Assembly: GCA_024704765.1 (NCBI GenBank)
Contig: JAKMXF010000066.1
Location: 248,001-312,000, forward strand
Reading direction: 5' to 3'
DNA from: Oopsacas minuta
Lineage: Eukaryota; Animalia; Porifera
DNA length: 64,000 nucleotides
Shown: positions 34,769 through 50,003 of the stretch, in pieces
How the letters are laid out: every line of letters starts with the position of its first letter
Numbering within the stretch: the first letter of the stretch is position 1
The notes under the pieces: generated by a model
Told to the model about the DNA's origin: nothing
Databases searched by the model: none
The model's input: the letters and a program-made list of their open reading frames with translations, nothing else
Made by a program: the position numbers and the translations under genes

Positions 34769-37700
34769 TCATTTTATTATTTCTACTTTCTCTTTATCAA
34801 AACTCTCTACAATTTCAATATCAAAATTCTCTTCATCCATGGTACTATCTAACCGTTTATTTAAACTTGTTTCTAACTCATGGAGACGGTCTTTAATGCA
34901 GTTTTTAACATCCATAAAATCGTTAAACATAGCTCTATACTTCTTAAATAGCTTATCAGCCTCATTTCTCTGTGCTTTCTTATCTTTTTGCTCAAATATT
35001 TTTTGGTAATATGCAATGTTTTTCTGTATTTCTAGCTGTTCTCCTTCTGTTAGCACTTTGGGAGGTCTCCCTCTCCACTTAAACGCGTACAAGAATGGTA
35101 TAGTAAATTTATAATAGCAGCGACCATAGAATGTCCATAATGCATAGCTACACTCTGTAGCTCTTGTCATGTAGTTAATATATGAACATAGATAGCGACC
35201 TATAGAGAACAGTAGTTAATACAGTAAAACTGTGGATACAGAGAAATTCTGGAAATAGAGTGCAGATACATATGGAAAATTCCAAGTCTCATACAAATGA
35301 TCCACACACGTGGAAACGGGGAAGATTTTTTGGCGTCTTCGGCACTCCGTTTATAGAGGTCACACTATAATACATATATTCTTATAATATAAATTAAAAT
35401 ACTCCAAATGTGAAGGAATTTTTTCTGTTCAAAACTATGGCTGTTAATTACACTCGAAAATAGGATCGATAACTGTACAGATTAGTCTCTAAATTATAAA
35501 AGATATACCAGTAGGATCCCATTGTATGTCTGTAAATCCTGTATGATTCTGTCTGTTAATAACAGAGAACTCTGTAGCATCTATGAATATGAGGTCTCCT
35601 GTGTTCTGGGATATAGCAGCAGCTACTAGATACTGACCTAACGGAGACCAGGAGAGGTGACTAGCATATACACCTGTCATATCCTTAAGGAAGGGGTTAC
35701 TAGCTCGAGACGGATCCACAGAGAAGAACTTTAGAGTTGATTGATGACCTAATTAGTACATAATCAATCAATAAACCAAGAAATAGTTACGCATATAACG
35801 GAATGGCTTAGCATCTTCGCGACTTATATACGAAACAAATAGTACGTGTGTTCATATAATTGCAATATAGAGAATGCTTATAAAGACGATAGTTGTCGTT
35901 TGTTTGTGTGTTTGTTCGTTTGTTGTCCAGAAAGCTTCAATTGGCATACAGGCGTAATCCTATATGGAACAAAGATCTATTAGGTTACATATCTATAGTA
36001 ATGCTCTATAAGGAGTTGACTGAATATGATCGAAATCAAGGCAGAATTTTGATTTTCTAGGACTGGAATATGAGAATAAATGAAGACTGGAGATTTAATT
36101 TGTATTGGAAAGTAAATGAATGCAAATACTACTTGCTAATAGACTTCCCCAGAAAAACAATAATATAATTACCAATAACGTCTTTGGTAGCCTCTGAGGA
36201 CATAACAGCTATTTTATTCCCATTCTGATCTAGTGCATAAGCAGTAACACTCTCTCCAGCATCTATACTGATTACTGGTATCTCTCTGTCTTGTCCTATA
36301 CTGAATACCTCAAATGCTGTCTTTGTTTTGTTCTGTTTACGAGATTTACTTATGTAATGTATCACTTTACAAAGCAGGAATCTCCCTAAGATATAAATTA
36401 TGAAATATTACCATCATATACTTTATATAAACATCAATCATTAATTCTAGTTACAGCGGATGTCAGTTATAAGAACACCCTCTGGAGTCGCAATATATGT
36501 TCTTATAACTGGCATAAAATAGCTGGTAACTCTGATAAGTTGAAGTTGCATAAATCAGAGCGTGAGCCATTCGATGGTGATCATATGGTGTTTACCCAGA
36601 GAGATCACTACGGAAGGTCTCAAGTGTCAAGTGGAAGTGGTAGCCAATTGTGCTGTGTTTCGAGAAATCTCTCTTTCGGCTTCCTTCTGAAAACGTCTGT
36701 TACAAAGTACAACATAACAGTGCTACTACAGGGCTGCTACGCCTGCGAATGCAGGGACCAATTGTGTAGTCAATTGTCCCCAATTTTCTATTCACAATAC
36801 TATGAATATCCAATAAGGATAATAAAAGTATTGTATTGTAATTAAGCTACTTTATTATTGGAAATTATCGCTAATGGTATTTACGCGATTGTTGTCTCTC
36901 TGTTTGTCCGATTTTATGATATACTATTTGTATTTTGAATTTGAATTTCGCGTTTTAATACGTAGTCTAAATATGGAAACCTTTTCAGACAGGTTAAAGG
37001 GACGCAAGGAAATGTTAATGAATTCCAGTACAAAAAGAAATAGAGAATGAAAGAGAGTTTCAGTTTAGAAGGTTACTAAAACAATGAAACATGAATAAAG
37101 AAAAAATTGAATTTACCAAGCCCATAATGCAAAAGTACAATCAGCCTGCTTCGTGTATAATTAACCTCTTTTCATATACAATTAACCCCTTTCGTGTAGT
37201 GATTAATTGTATTTGGGCAATCAATAAACAAAAATGACATAATTACATATTTCCCTAAAATTAAACAAATATTCACAATATGTTGTTTACAATATCATAT
37301 TCAGACTCAGCATACTCGATTTCGCCAGTATAGTCGTTGAAAGTATGAATCTATCACCATTTTGAAATTTGTTAACTTTATGTATCTAGAGTAAACAAAT
37401 ATTCACAATATGTTGTTTAGAATGTCATAATCATAATCAGCATACTCGATTGCTCCAAAGTAGTTTTTGTGGAAACTACTGGAAACGGCTAGAAACCGCT
37501 GGAAACTGATAGAAACTGCTGGAAACAGCTAGAAACTGCTAGAAACCGCTGGAAACTGCTGGAAACTGCTAGAAACCGCTGGAAACTGTGCGAAACTGTG
37601 GGAAACTGCTGGAAACTGTGGGAAACTGTGCGAAATTGTGGGAAACTGCTGGAAACTACTGGAAACCGTGCGAAACTGCTGGAAACTACTGGAAACCGCT

Positions 37701-38381
37701 AGAAACTGCTAGTAACTACTGGAAACCGCTGGAAACTGATAGAAACCGCTGGAAACTGCTGGAAACCCCTGGAAACTGCTAGAAACCGCTGGAAACTTTC
37801 TTCTTTCTCCTTACTCCTTACTCCTTGTATTTGATTCTAATTTTCATTTTCAATTTAATCCATTCTTTTAATTCAATTACACTTGCCCATTTAACCTGTT
37901 TGCTCAAGGTTTACGGTAGGAATATTTTCTGGTCCCTATGATTTCAAGCTAACGAGAATATGCCGTAATAATAAACTGATTTATCTTACCATTCTCAGTC
38001 CACTTTAGCTCACAATCATGTACTCCTACCAAATTTTTCTGTCTAGCAATAGCTCTAGTTGGTATACTCATAAGAGCTACTTGAGCAGGTTTCTGATTCT
38101 GCTCTGGGAACCAATAAGCTAATACATTACTCCCTGTAGGACGCCAGGAGAAATCTTGTATATTAGGAATGTGTATAACTTTATCATCTAATAGCTTCAT
38201 ACAGTCAGATTGAAATACTTTAATGCTCTGGTTAGCTAGACTAAGAATACCGAAATATTCATCATTATAACTCCATTGTATTAATGGCCATTTAGCTGGC
38301 TTGTCTCTACCTCCAGGATAGATTACAACAGATTCTACTGAGAATGTCTTTACCACTTTAGCTACATGATACAAATACAGG

Positions 38382-38441
<60 letters not shown>

Positions 38442-40461
38442 GCATTGAACCCTTCAAGATTCTTATTTTGCCAGCACATAAGCTTTTATCCGGAAAATGG
38501 TAATGACGGATAACTGGATAAGATCCATTTATATAATTAGCTTTTGCCAAAATCTACAAAAAAATTCGAAATTTGACATTTTTGGATATTTCAAATTCCG
38601 AAAATTAGCCAGCAGCAGTAGGAAGTTACGATAAATTCGAAATGTAAATTCTAAAAGTTTATGTACATTTACTAATGTTACCAATTACAGACCTGTGAGT
38701 AGATTCCATATCTTAACATTCTGATCATCTTCTGACTGAGGTAAGCTGCAAGTAACTACATAATTCTCTCCGGGAGATATGTCAACCAATTTAACTCCAA
38801 AATGTGGGTACTTCTGGAAACGCTCAAAGCTCTCAAATGCCCAAATAGCTGCACCCTGTGGATGTACCGTTACCAAGAATGTTCCCTGTTTGGACCAGGT
38901 GAACCCTAACATACTCCACTTCAACCTCTCTACAATGTATCGGGGTACAGAGCCTGTGTTCCACCACAAAGATAGATGAACATCTGAATTAGACAGGTCG
39001 GTATTAGATCCTAAATAATAATATAAAGACATGAATATTAAATGAGATAATCTAAATAATAATACATACAGTAGACGTCAGGCAACAATATTTTGTAGGT
39101 ACTAACCGAAGTACGTACGTATTATCCGAATATTCTTCCTATACAATTAGTGCAAGAATTGAAAACGGGAAATAAATACATATACCGGAGTCTCACCTTG
39201 ATGCAAGATAGCATATTGATCATGAGCATCCTCTTTCATAGCCCACCACCATAGAGGACCTTGTCTCTCTCCAGGATAAGCTAGTGGAGTTTGTTCTTTG
39301 AATTCATCACTCATTCCCAATGCTTCAACAACTTCTGTCATGAGGTTAATTGTAAAAGTATGACTTTTATCCATTATGTATCCGTCAGCTATTTTCTTAG
39401 CTTGTTCAGCAGAATCTGAAGATTGATACTCAACCAGCATGAATCCCTTCAGCATGGCTAGCAGATAATAAAATAGTAGTATAAGGATACAGCGAACCTC
39501 GTTAATACGAACACCAACGGACGACCAATATTTGTTTGCTTTATCCACAGTTCGTATTAAGTACGTAATTGAATAACCATATTAGGGAGTAAGGGGTAGG
39601 GACCTGAATTTGTATAAATATTCATTCGTATTAACCGAGTGTACGTCTTATCCAAGTTCTATTGTAATTAATTTTTTGTGGTTTGTCAAGTTCAATCTCA
39701 ATTTATCAATTTACCATTAGTTTCCTTTGCAAAATAAATATTGACAATTTTTCCAAATCTTGAGAATATCTTGCGTAATATAATCTCCAACTTTTCCATT
39801 TTCTCTCCTTTAGGATCTATCTGTGGAATATTCTCTACAATTATTATGCTATCAAACTCTTTACTAACTTCTGGCGATTCTAATCTGTGATGTAACATTA
39901 TGGTTTCTGCCTCATTTGGTTTATGTATTTCTTTTAGTTTATTCAGGATCTAACGATAATAAAAAATAATTTTAACAAATGTATAGCAAACATATACGAT
40001 GTAAAATGCGAAAATTCGTTCATAGAAAAATCTCTGATGCAGCTACCCCATTTCCCCGTTTCTGACAAATTCTTCGTTTGTGGAGGTTCATTTGTATGGG
40101 ACTAAAAATTCGCTCTATTATTTTCACTCCGGTTCCAGAAGTTCCCGAGATTGCCGTTTGTGGAGGCTATGCTGTAATAATATCAAAGGAATTACTTAAA
40201 CAATTATCCGTATCATAGAGCTGAGGAATGACTAATAGAATTTCTATTAGTGAAATTCGCTACCAAAGGTCACAGTTAAGTTATTTGTATAAAAATTATC
40301 TAGTTGCTTACATCAATATCAGATATACATTCTACATATCCTTCATCATCAGATAGCTCAGGTGTACTACTATCTGCCTCTTCATCAGATCCCAGAGTTT
40401 TAAGAATACCATACATACCATCTCCTGTTGATATACCTCCTTGCTTGGGAAATTCTGACAT
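34769..40461 (-). CDS. EIF3B: Eukaryotic translation initiation factor 3 subunit B (multi-exon)
   Basis: N-terminal ELSDDEGYVECISD, RRM (SIIIVENIPQI..KGFMLVEY), WD40-like exons (WSKQGTFLVTVHPQGAAIW, WSPLGQYL, QWDPTG), YAFKWRGRPP, and a C-terminal coiled coil. Confidence 0.93.
37471..37797. repeat. 10-bp minisatellite (GGAAACTGCT / AGAAACCGCT variants, about 33 units) in an EIF3B intron
   Basis: Read directly from the sequence. ORF 37588-37782 is an artefact of it. Confidence 0.95.
38383..38440. repeat. (TAA)n microsatellite, about 19 units, intronic
   Basis: Read directly. It explains the poly-L and poly-Y stretches in ORFs 37949-38479 and 38362-38550. Confidence 0.95.
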
Positions 40462-40644
40462 TTCTATATAGCTAAAGTATGGTAACAAGGTATAGTAACT
40501 TGTAACAAACAAGAAATATGTGTAATTAGTAATAAATAATACATAGACCCGAACCGTCAAATTTCGTACTCTATATAAATACATGCTGACTGTTAGGTTT
40601 ATTAACATTATCATACAGATAAATAAATACATAATTTTCAAAAT

Positions 40645-41460
40645 TCAAATCTCATCCGTATCATCAATCTCAGAATCTGAAATAGATCCACAATCACTGT
40701 CATCAACAATTTCTCCATCACTTAACGAATGTTCTGCGGAAGGCACATGTAATATTTCAGAGGTGTGAGATTTCGCAGGACTGGCAGTAGATATAATAGA
40801 GATATTATCAGTAGTGAGAGAACTCTCTGGAATTTGTGTTTCTAAACTACTCTCAGTATGTTGTACTGAAAAGCTATCTATACAAGGCATGTTCTTAACT
40901 TGACGTGGTATGGAGCTATTGTTTGAGCTATTATTACACAATGTATGTACAGTGCTTTCTATCTTATCACAAGTAGCAAGTTTCTTCTTTAATTGTATAA
41001 TATTATTTCTAGAATGTTCTATCTGTATATCCAAGCTATCTTGCTCTACTGCATAACCATTTAATATAGACGTTACTTGTCCCAAACGTTCATTATTGAC
41101 ATTAATATCTTCACTCAATTCTTTAAGTTTTGTGTTCAATGATTCCTCTTGTGCAGTTAATTTAGGCAGTAAATACTCAGCTTCATTACATTTGACTTGA
41201 TAAGTACTGAGAGCTCTTCTCCTACGCTCTAACTCTTGTTGTAGCATGCTGTTAATCTGCTCAATAGGCAATGCTTTTGATAACAAATTGAAGAAGTTTG
41301 ATAAAGATTGTGAATCTTCTCCTTCAGCTATGTCTCTATAATCAAATGAGTTATTTGTGCCTTCTTTAATGTCTGTATTAGCTTCTAAACCATTCTTTTG
41401 AGAACGAACGAAATCCAATATTTTATTGAGGTTTTTGGAATTTTGATCTTCTCCCTCCAT
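40645..41460 (-). CDS. Uncharacterised coiled-coil protein
   Basis: 271-aa single-exon ORF with a heptad-like central region (LQQELERRRRAL...LNTKLKEL) and an acidic Ser-rich tail. Confidence 0.65.
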   Translation of the reverse strand: MEGEDQNSKNLNKILDFVRSQKNGLEANTDIKEGTNNSFDYRDIAEGEDSQSLSNFFNLLSKALPIEQINSMLQQELERRRRALSTYQVKCNEAEYLLPKLTAQEESLNTKLKELSEDINVNNERLGQVTSILNGYAVEQDSLDIQIEHSRNNIIQLKKKLATCDKIESTVHTLCNNSSNNSSIPRQVKNMPCIDSFSVQHTESSLETQIPESSLTTDNISIISTASPAKSHTSEILHVPSAEHSLSDGEIVDDSDCGSISDSEIDDTDEI

Positions 41461-41617
41461 TAGCTAGTGCTAGCATACTTACATATATATAATACGGTTA
41501 TACGGATATTTATTGTATGGTGAGAACTGTATTAAGCTTAAGAATAGGAGGAAATCTTAGCGAATACGCATACGTAGAAAGAAGAGTATTGTTTGATAAT
41601 TATAGTTCTTATTAATA

Positions 41618-41788
41618 CAGCCAATTCCTATATATCAAACAATGATATATTGAAATATCCGCTTATATTAATGTCTGAAATTGCACAAATATGGTCCCAA
41701 ACCAGTAGCATATATTTCATTGGTTATATCAACTCTATCGAGGGAATTATCGCGGTCTTTTGAGCTTCGATATAACGGGAGTTGATTC
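41618..41788. mobile_element. MITE family A copy
   Basis: TA|CAGCCAATTCCTATATATCAAAC ... GAGCTTCGATATAACGGGAGTTGA. Confidence 0.75.
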
Positions 41789-42124
41789 TAATGGGAAGTT
41801 TTAAGTGAATATATTTCCACTATTTAGTAATAACTTAGTAACAATTTGGTATTTTAGCATGCATTTTGTGTTTCTTATATCTCTTGTAAATAACATTAGT
41901 ATTAGAGCATATATGATGTTCCTTTTCGAGCTATACTTTTGTTATCTGGCGACACGGATAAATATATGATTACAGTAGACTCTTGCAAATCGGACAAAGG
42001 CATTTATAAACTAAATTGGAACACTTTAATATGCAAATAGAAATAACGTATAACGGCATGATCTAGCAATTAAGAGATATATTGATATACTCAAACTGAA
42101 ATATAAAAGAACTAAAATAGCTCA

Positions 42125-42892
42125 CTAACTACTCGCTCTCTCATTTCTACTAACCAATATCTTTTTAATAACTTCTCCTCTCTCACTGGGAAGAGTACCA
42201 AAATATAACTTCTGATCTTCAGAATATCTCTCTATACTATCTACCATATCTCTGTATGTCCAATCTTTCCAATTCTTATTGAACCTGTTCAACAATTCAA
42301 TTCTCCTATCAGACGCTTTCACACAATCTACAGGTTCCCTTGGCAACAGATCAGGAGCAATGGCATGCTCTATTATAATAACAGCACGGAAGGCAAACCA
42401 GCCTCCATACTTAGGATGCATAGATACTCCATATATATTATCTCCCTCACTCCATGTATCAGCTGGTACATCAGATCTCTGGTAATAGTATGCAGCACCT
42501 GATATGTGACCAGCTGTTTGCATTAGAATTTTAGGCGCTCTATTTGGCTGTAATTCAAAGTCATACAATATTATAATATTCTTCAATTCATCAGGTAGAA
42601 TAGTATTAATATCTTGTAATTTATTTATTATTGCTTGGTCCAGAGGATCACGGGTATTTGAAGGATCAGGTTTATTCTTCAAAAAGGGGAGGAAGGTATT
42701 CTCAAACATACATGGAGTAGATACAGCAAGAATAGCAAGAGTATCAGGATTATATGGTAACTCAAATACAGATGTAACTTTAGAGTTATACCATGATGTC
42801 AGAAATGGATAGAACTCAAACCCATAAGGAAGATAGTGCTTGCTTAGGTTGTCAATAAGACTGTGTACTTGCGTATTAGAATAACCTTCCAT
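42125..42892 (-). CDS. MMACHC: Cobalamin-processing enzyme CblC (MMACHC)
   Basis: GFEFYPF..WYN, STPCMFE, DPLDQ, YDFELQPNRAPKILMQTAGHISGAAYYYQRSDV, HPKYGGWFAFRAV. Confidence 0.95.
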   Translation of the reverse strand: MEGYSNTQVHSLIDNLSKHYLPYGFEFYPFLTSWYNSKVTSVFELPYNPDTLAILAVSTPCMFENTFLPFLKNKPDPSNTRDPLDQAIINKLQDINTILPDELKNIIILYDFELQPNRAPKILMQTAGHISGAAYYYQRSDVPADTWSEGDNIYGVSMHPKYGGWFAFRAVIIIEHAIAPDLLPREPVDCVKASDRRIELLNRFNKNWKDWTYRDMVDSIERYSEDQKLYFGTLPSERGEVIKKILVSRNERASS

Positions 42893-43047
42893 ATTGCTAT
42901 GTATAAATAGATATGCCAGTTAATACTAGTATAAATATTGTATGATATAACTCATAAAAAGGAATATTTGAGCGAATATTGAAATACGTATTATAATCTT
43001 ATTGAAAATAGAGTAGCTCTGCTTAATATGACAAAATCAAGATAGAG

Positions 43048-43195
43048 CAGCGGCTCCCAAACTGAGGTCCACTGACGACAGCAGGGGTCCACAGGATCTC
43101 AAAATTGTATTGCAGCCTATGGCAGGGGTCCACAGAAAGTGTTAAAATTGGCATAGGGGAACCACGTCCATGGGTGAGAAGGTTGGGAACCGTTG
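43048..43195. mobile_element. hAT-type MITE
   Basis: TIRs CAGCGGCTCCCAAAC / GGTTGGGAACCGTTG. 8-bp flanks AGATAGAG and ATATAGAG (7/8 match). A related degenerate copy lies at about 720-803. Confidence 0.75.
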
Positions 43196-43285
43196 ATATA
43201 GAGTTTCATTTCAGTCATTAACTGATAAATAATGTATAACTTATCAGATACGTGTAGCAGTATGCATAGTGATAATATAATCATA

Positions 43286-45089
43286 TCAAGTCATGACGTC
43301 ACTATTCTGTTGTGTATACGCACTCTGTGTTGTGTTATCCGCTAGTACATCACTAGGCTTTATAGGCTGTAGAGATCTAAACGGTAACACGTGTGGAGCT
43401 GTTGATGGGATATTCCATAGAGCACGTGGTCCCTTCTTGATGATATCTCCTTGTATTATTGATACACCAGGTGATGGATCCATTTTCTCTATTAATGGTT
43501 CTGGTACTGGTGAGAACACAGGCCCGTGTTTTGAAGAGAATGTGTTGGATTGCCGGAATTTCGCGGGTTCTAGTATACTAGTAGCTGTAGGCTGTAATAT
43601 ATTAACTTTAGGAGTAACTTTATTAGCAGGGAGTCTCCTAGAAGGTACTGTACTTATCTTGTGTGTCTTAAGGTATTGATCAGTTGATTGGGTCAGGAGG
43701 GAGTGTAGTGTCGTGTCTATAGGAGGAGCTGGGAATGATGTGGATTCAGATATTGTCCTGATTTCTAGCTGGTGCCTCTGAGAGGGAGTACTAGTCCTCC
43801 TGGGTTGATGACTCAATTGTTTTGTTCTGGAAGCACCTAATTAGCAAAATAAAAACATAAAACAGAGGTTATACACAATAAATTCAGGCTTTTGTGCCCA
43901 TTTCTTTACTCTAGGAACGAAATGAAGACAAGATATTCAATAGACAAAATATTCTGAAAATATTTACTGCCAAAGCCATTTCTTTACAATTTACATACAA
44001 GTTTTCTTGGAGGACAAAATAACCTATAATTAAATGGGGAAAAACCCGATTTCAACTGTATCTCATTATATATTGTAGAGATAGCATCACATACAAACAT
44101 ACTATAGTATAAATACTCACCTCCTCTACTAGGATCTCTGCTCTTTGGTTGTCTAGGAGGTACTGGCTGAATCAATTCATCAAACTTACAAGTAGAATCT
44201 TCTATAACACTATCTGATTCCTCTGTTACTGGATACATAGGAGATTCTTTGAGAATAGATGACTGATGAGATGTTTGTTTCGGAGAAAGAGGAGATGGAA
44301 GAGGATTAGTGATCTAAAGTAAAGAGCTGAATAAAGCGAAATAATCTCACGAATTTGCATATTATTGCCGACTGAAATATTGTAGTAAATTAGAAATACA
44401 GACAACTTCCATTATATCGAAGCTAAAGAGACCGCGATAATTAGATATAAGCGGAGTTTGATATAACAAATGAAAATTATGTTACTTTGACGATTCGGGT
44501 ACATATTTGTACAATTTCAAACTTCGATATGAAAGAGTATTTAGGTATAACCGTGTTCGATATAACGGGAGGTGACTGTAGATTATTATGAAATTAAATA
44601 TTTGTATATATGTATCTACCGGTTTGCTTCTGATAGGAACCTTCCCTCTAGTCCAAGCCTCTAGCTCACAAGGGATAGGCTCTTGTTCCTCTCTCCACAC
44701 TTCTATCTGATTAGATTCATTACTCTTATCTCTTTTTAGAAAGTTCCATTCTACCACTTCCATCATTTCTGTCATAGCCCATTCTACAGTAGCAGGAATC
44801 AGCTGACGGGCTTTGAAGTGATAGTCTACTTTTTCCCAGCTCTGTTCTATATAAAAAATTTGTAAAACAGTGGTATTAGTATTACAAGTCAAGTATAGAA
44901 TTTGAATTCACCTATGATCGTATTAATGATATCTGCTACATTTTCTGACAATTTATCCCATTCTGCCCACTGCTCCCACATAGCTTCACTAACTCTATTA
45001 GGAATTAAGTCCTTAATCTCAGGAGTATCTGGTGTTATAACTACACCCATATTCTTGTCTTTATCATCTTTCTTCTTCTTGCTACTCAT
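43286..45089 (-). CDS. C2orf81-like (DUF4639) protein, multi-exon
   Basis: IPNRVSEAMW, RQLIPATVEWAMTEMMEVVEWNFLKRD..WREEQEPIPCELEAWTRGKVP resemble the C2orf81 conserved block. Pro/Ser-rich 3' exons at 44238-43984 and 43816-43286. Confidence 0.7.
44399..44578. mobile_element. MITE family A copy (intronic, TA TSD)
   Basis: TA|CAGACAACTTCCATTATATCGAAG ... GATATAACGGGAGGTGACTG|TA. Confidence 0.85.
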
Positions 45090-45457
45090 CTACAATAGAT
45101 TATAATCTGTACATATAATGATAAGGTAAGAACTAAGAAGTAAGATCACGGATAGGAAATTCAAATGTGTTAAGAAATCGTTACAAAATGGTACTAGCTA
45201 CTTAAATCAAATTGACATGACAGTAAATGCATCGAAAAATAGGTAATACGTACATTTAATTCCCACATTGGCTAAATCAAGCGTAATTAATTGATGTATG
45301 AATTGAGGGCCCTGTATGTATGTATGTAGTATGGCTCAGTAGAATGAAAGTGTACTCAAATATTCGAAATATAATTTATCATTAAAAACAATAAATAAAT
45401 AAAAATACTAATAAGTAACAGTCAATAAATATAAAGAGAGTATACTGTATAGGCTAT

Positions 45458-45922
45458 TCATCTAGGTCCAGTAGCTAGCCCCAAAACAGCTCCTACGGAT
45501 CCAAACGGTCTCTTAAGATCATAAGTAAGAGGCTTAGGTTCAGTCGGCCAGTAGACATACCCGCTCTTAGCTCGCTCGTAGTATGCAGATCGTGCTCTCT
45601 TATTTGTAGAGGACTGATGTTTGACTGCAGTTCTGTTTGGTAGAGCTGAAGCTGTTGATGTAGTTGATCTGTGTTTTAGGTAGTTTTTATACTTGTTTAA
45701 GCTATCAGTATTCATATTAGTGAGTTTAGCTGGAGGAGTTTGTGTTTCTTTGTTCTTAGAATCAGGCTTACTTCTGAGTGTAGGTAGCTTGTTAGGGTGT
45801 TTACGTGGAGAAGGAGCGCAGTATGATATGAACTGGTGGTTAGGAAGTTCTACTAATCTGTAGTAGGAGAGAGGCTTGGATATATCTTGGAGATAAGGGG
45901 GTCTTGGAGGAAGATGAGACAT
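45458..45922 (-). CDS. Uncharacterised basic, Pro/Ser/Thr-rich protein
   Basis: 154-aa ORF, long for this AT-rich DNA. No family recognised. Confidence 0.5.
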   Translation of the reverse strand: MSHLPPRPPYLQDISKPLSYYRLVELPNHQFISYCAPSPRKHPNKLPTLRSKPDSKNKETQTPPAKLTNMNTDSLNKYKNYLKHRSTTSTASALPNRTAVKHQSSTNKRARSAYYERAKSGYVYWPTEPKPLTYDLKRPFGSVGAVLGLATGPR

Positions 45923-45964
45923 TGATAGCTGGAGTATATTACTAATTGTATTATTTAAATGTTA

Positions 45965-46095
45965 AATATCAAACACATTGAAAATAAATGAACATCTAGG
46001 ATGAAGTATAAAATTGTACAAATATGGTCATAGGCATATTATATATCGCAGTATTATCGCAATCCCTTGAGCTTTGACATAACGTGAGTTGGCTG
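45965..46095. mobile_element. MITE family A copy (degenerate left end)
   Basis: AAATTGTACAAATATGGTC...CCCTTGAGCTTTGACATAACGTGAGTTGGCTG|TA. Confidence 0.65.
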
Positions 46096-46398
46096 TAAGA
46101 TGAATATAATAAACATAGTTTGGGAATTAGTTATGTATTTTAATATGCGTAGAAGTATTTTCAAAGTGGAAAAGAAACTAAGTTATCAAACCATGAGTTA
46201 TATACTCACAATATATTTTAATGTTATTTTATATACTACTTGGTAAATACACTAGCGTATGTAACAACTGCAACACATTCCACCTCTCCACTAAGTTGCC
46301 ATGAGAAGGACATATTCACATAAAATTAATAGTAATAACAAGTGACCTGAATTATGCTTAATTTCCGTGTTTCTCTCAATGTATTGAAAATATAGCAA

Positions 46399-48847
<2,449 letters not shown>

Positions 48848-48873
48848 TCTAACAGTATTATTATATAGTAATA

Positions 48874-49033
48874 CAGTCAATTACCGTTATATCGAAGCTT
48901 GGGGATCGCGATAATTACTTAGATATAAGCGGAGTTGAATATAACTTTATGCTAGTACAATATTTGTACAATTAGATTTCGATATGTGCAGGTAAATCAA
49001 CATATTCGTGTTCGACATAACGGGAGTTAACTG
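48874..49033. mobile_element. MITE family A copy (TA TSD), just upstream of the PI4K2 ATG
   Basis: TA|CAGTCAATTACCGTTATATCGAAG ... CATAACGGGAGTTAACTG|TA. Confidence 0.85.
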
Positions 49034-49669
49034 TATTAATAATAGAAGTGGATTTTCCAGTCCTAAAACAGACAATGAAATATTTGCCCTGCTCCCATAG
49101 AATCCGCTTAATTGGTCAATGGTCACATTATGTTCACTGTTCCTATGTCCATTTAACCTTCAAGTTCTGTTTGCTCATAATAGGTACATATATATGTAAT
49201 ACCATATTTATAGTGTCAGTTAATGCTCAGATAAGGAAAGACTTCAAATAGAATCTCTATAAAATTCTTAGAAATAGAAATTAAAGATTCATTAACAGAG
49301 AAGTGCTTATATTGTCTCATAAATATACTATTGAATTGATTGTAGAATACTTTTATCAACAATCAGTAGTGATAAGAATTCAAATTACAAACTAATGCAA
49401 AAGAATTATGTGTTTTAATAGCGATAGGAGTGCTATGGAACCCGTAACGATAAACACAGAATAGTGATCGCATTTGAAGTGTCCTGTTTGACTAATATTA
49501 GGAGTTTCATTATGAAAAGTCATAATCTCCCGAAATTACGGAAAATTTTACTACCATATGTGTTGATTTCCTATTGACTGATAGAGTGATAGTATTTACC
49601 ATGATTTCTATAATGTTGAGTTCATCCAATAAGTGTTCTGACGAAACGTCCTCTATATTCTGCTATTAA

Positions 49670-49779
49670 CCATGGATGGTGGATTTACTTCATTTTATGT
49701 TATACATAAAGAAATTCCCTCAAAAGTCAAAATGTAATAGAACAACACCCAAGCAGATAAACGAATCCACCATCCATGG
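49670..49779. mobile_element. Small TIR element, possibly piggyBac-like (TTAA/TTAC flanks)
   Basis: 19-bp perfect IR TAACCATGGATGGTGGATT at 49667-49685 / 49764-49782. Confidence 0.55.
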
Positions 49780-50003
49780 TTACATATCCAATAAGCATAT
49801 ATGGAACATTTGGTCATAAGACAGATTCTAATTGTAATGAGAGTACCAGCAGCACAAAAATAAAACAAACAGATAAATAGGTAGAAATAACAGTCAGTTA
49901 AGGGATCAGAATCAATTAGTTAACAAGAAAAAGTAATGAAGATGTAATATAAATAATAAAATAAGTGAATTCGCTATAAGAATATAACGTAGTACTGTAA
50001 TAA

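Noticed and set aside
37471-37797. Regular repeat array that might suggest CRISPR; ORF 37588-37782
   Set aside because: Contiguous 10-bp units with no unique spacers, inside a eukaryotic intron, and no cas genes. It is a minisatellite and the ORF is an artefact.
39458-39490. GTATCCTT U12-type donor motif in an EIF3B intron (minus strand)
   Set aside because: It is only about 33 nt from the acceptor and lies inside a larger GT-AG intron that already joins the exons in frame.
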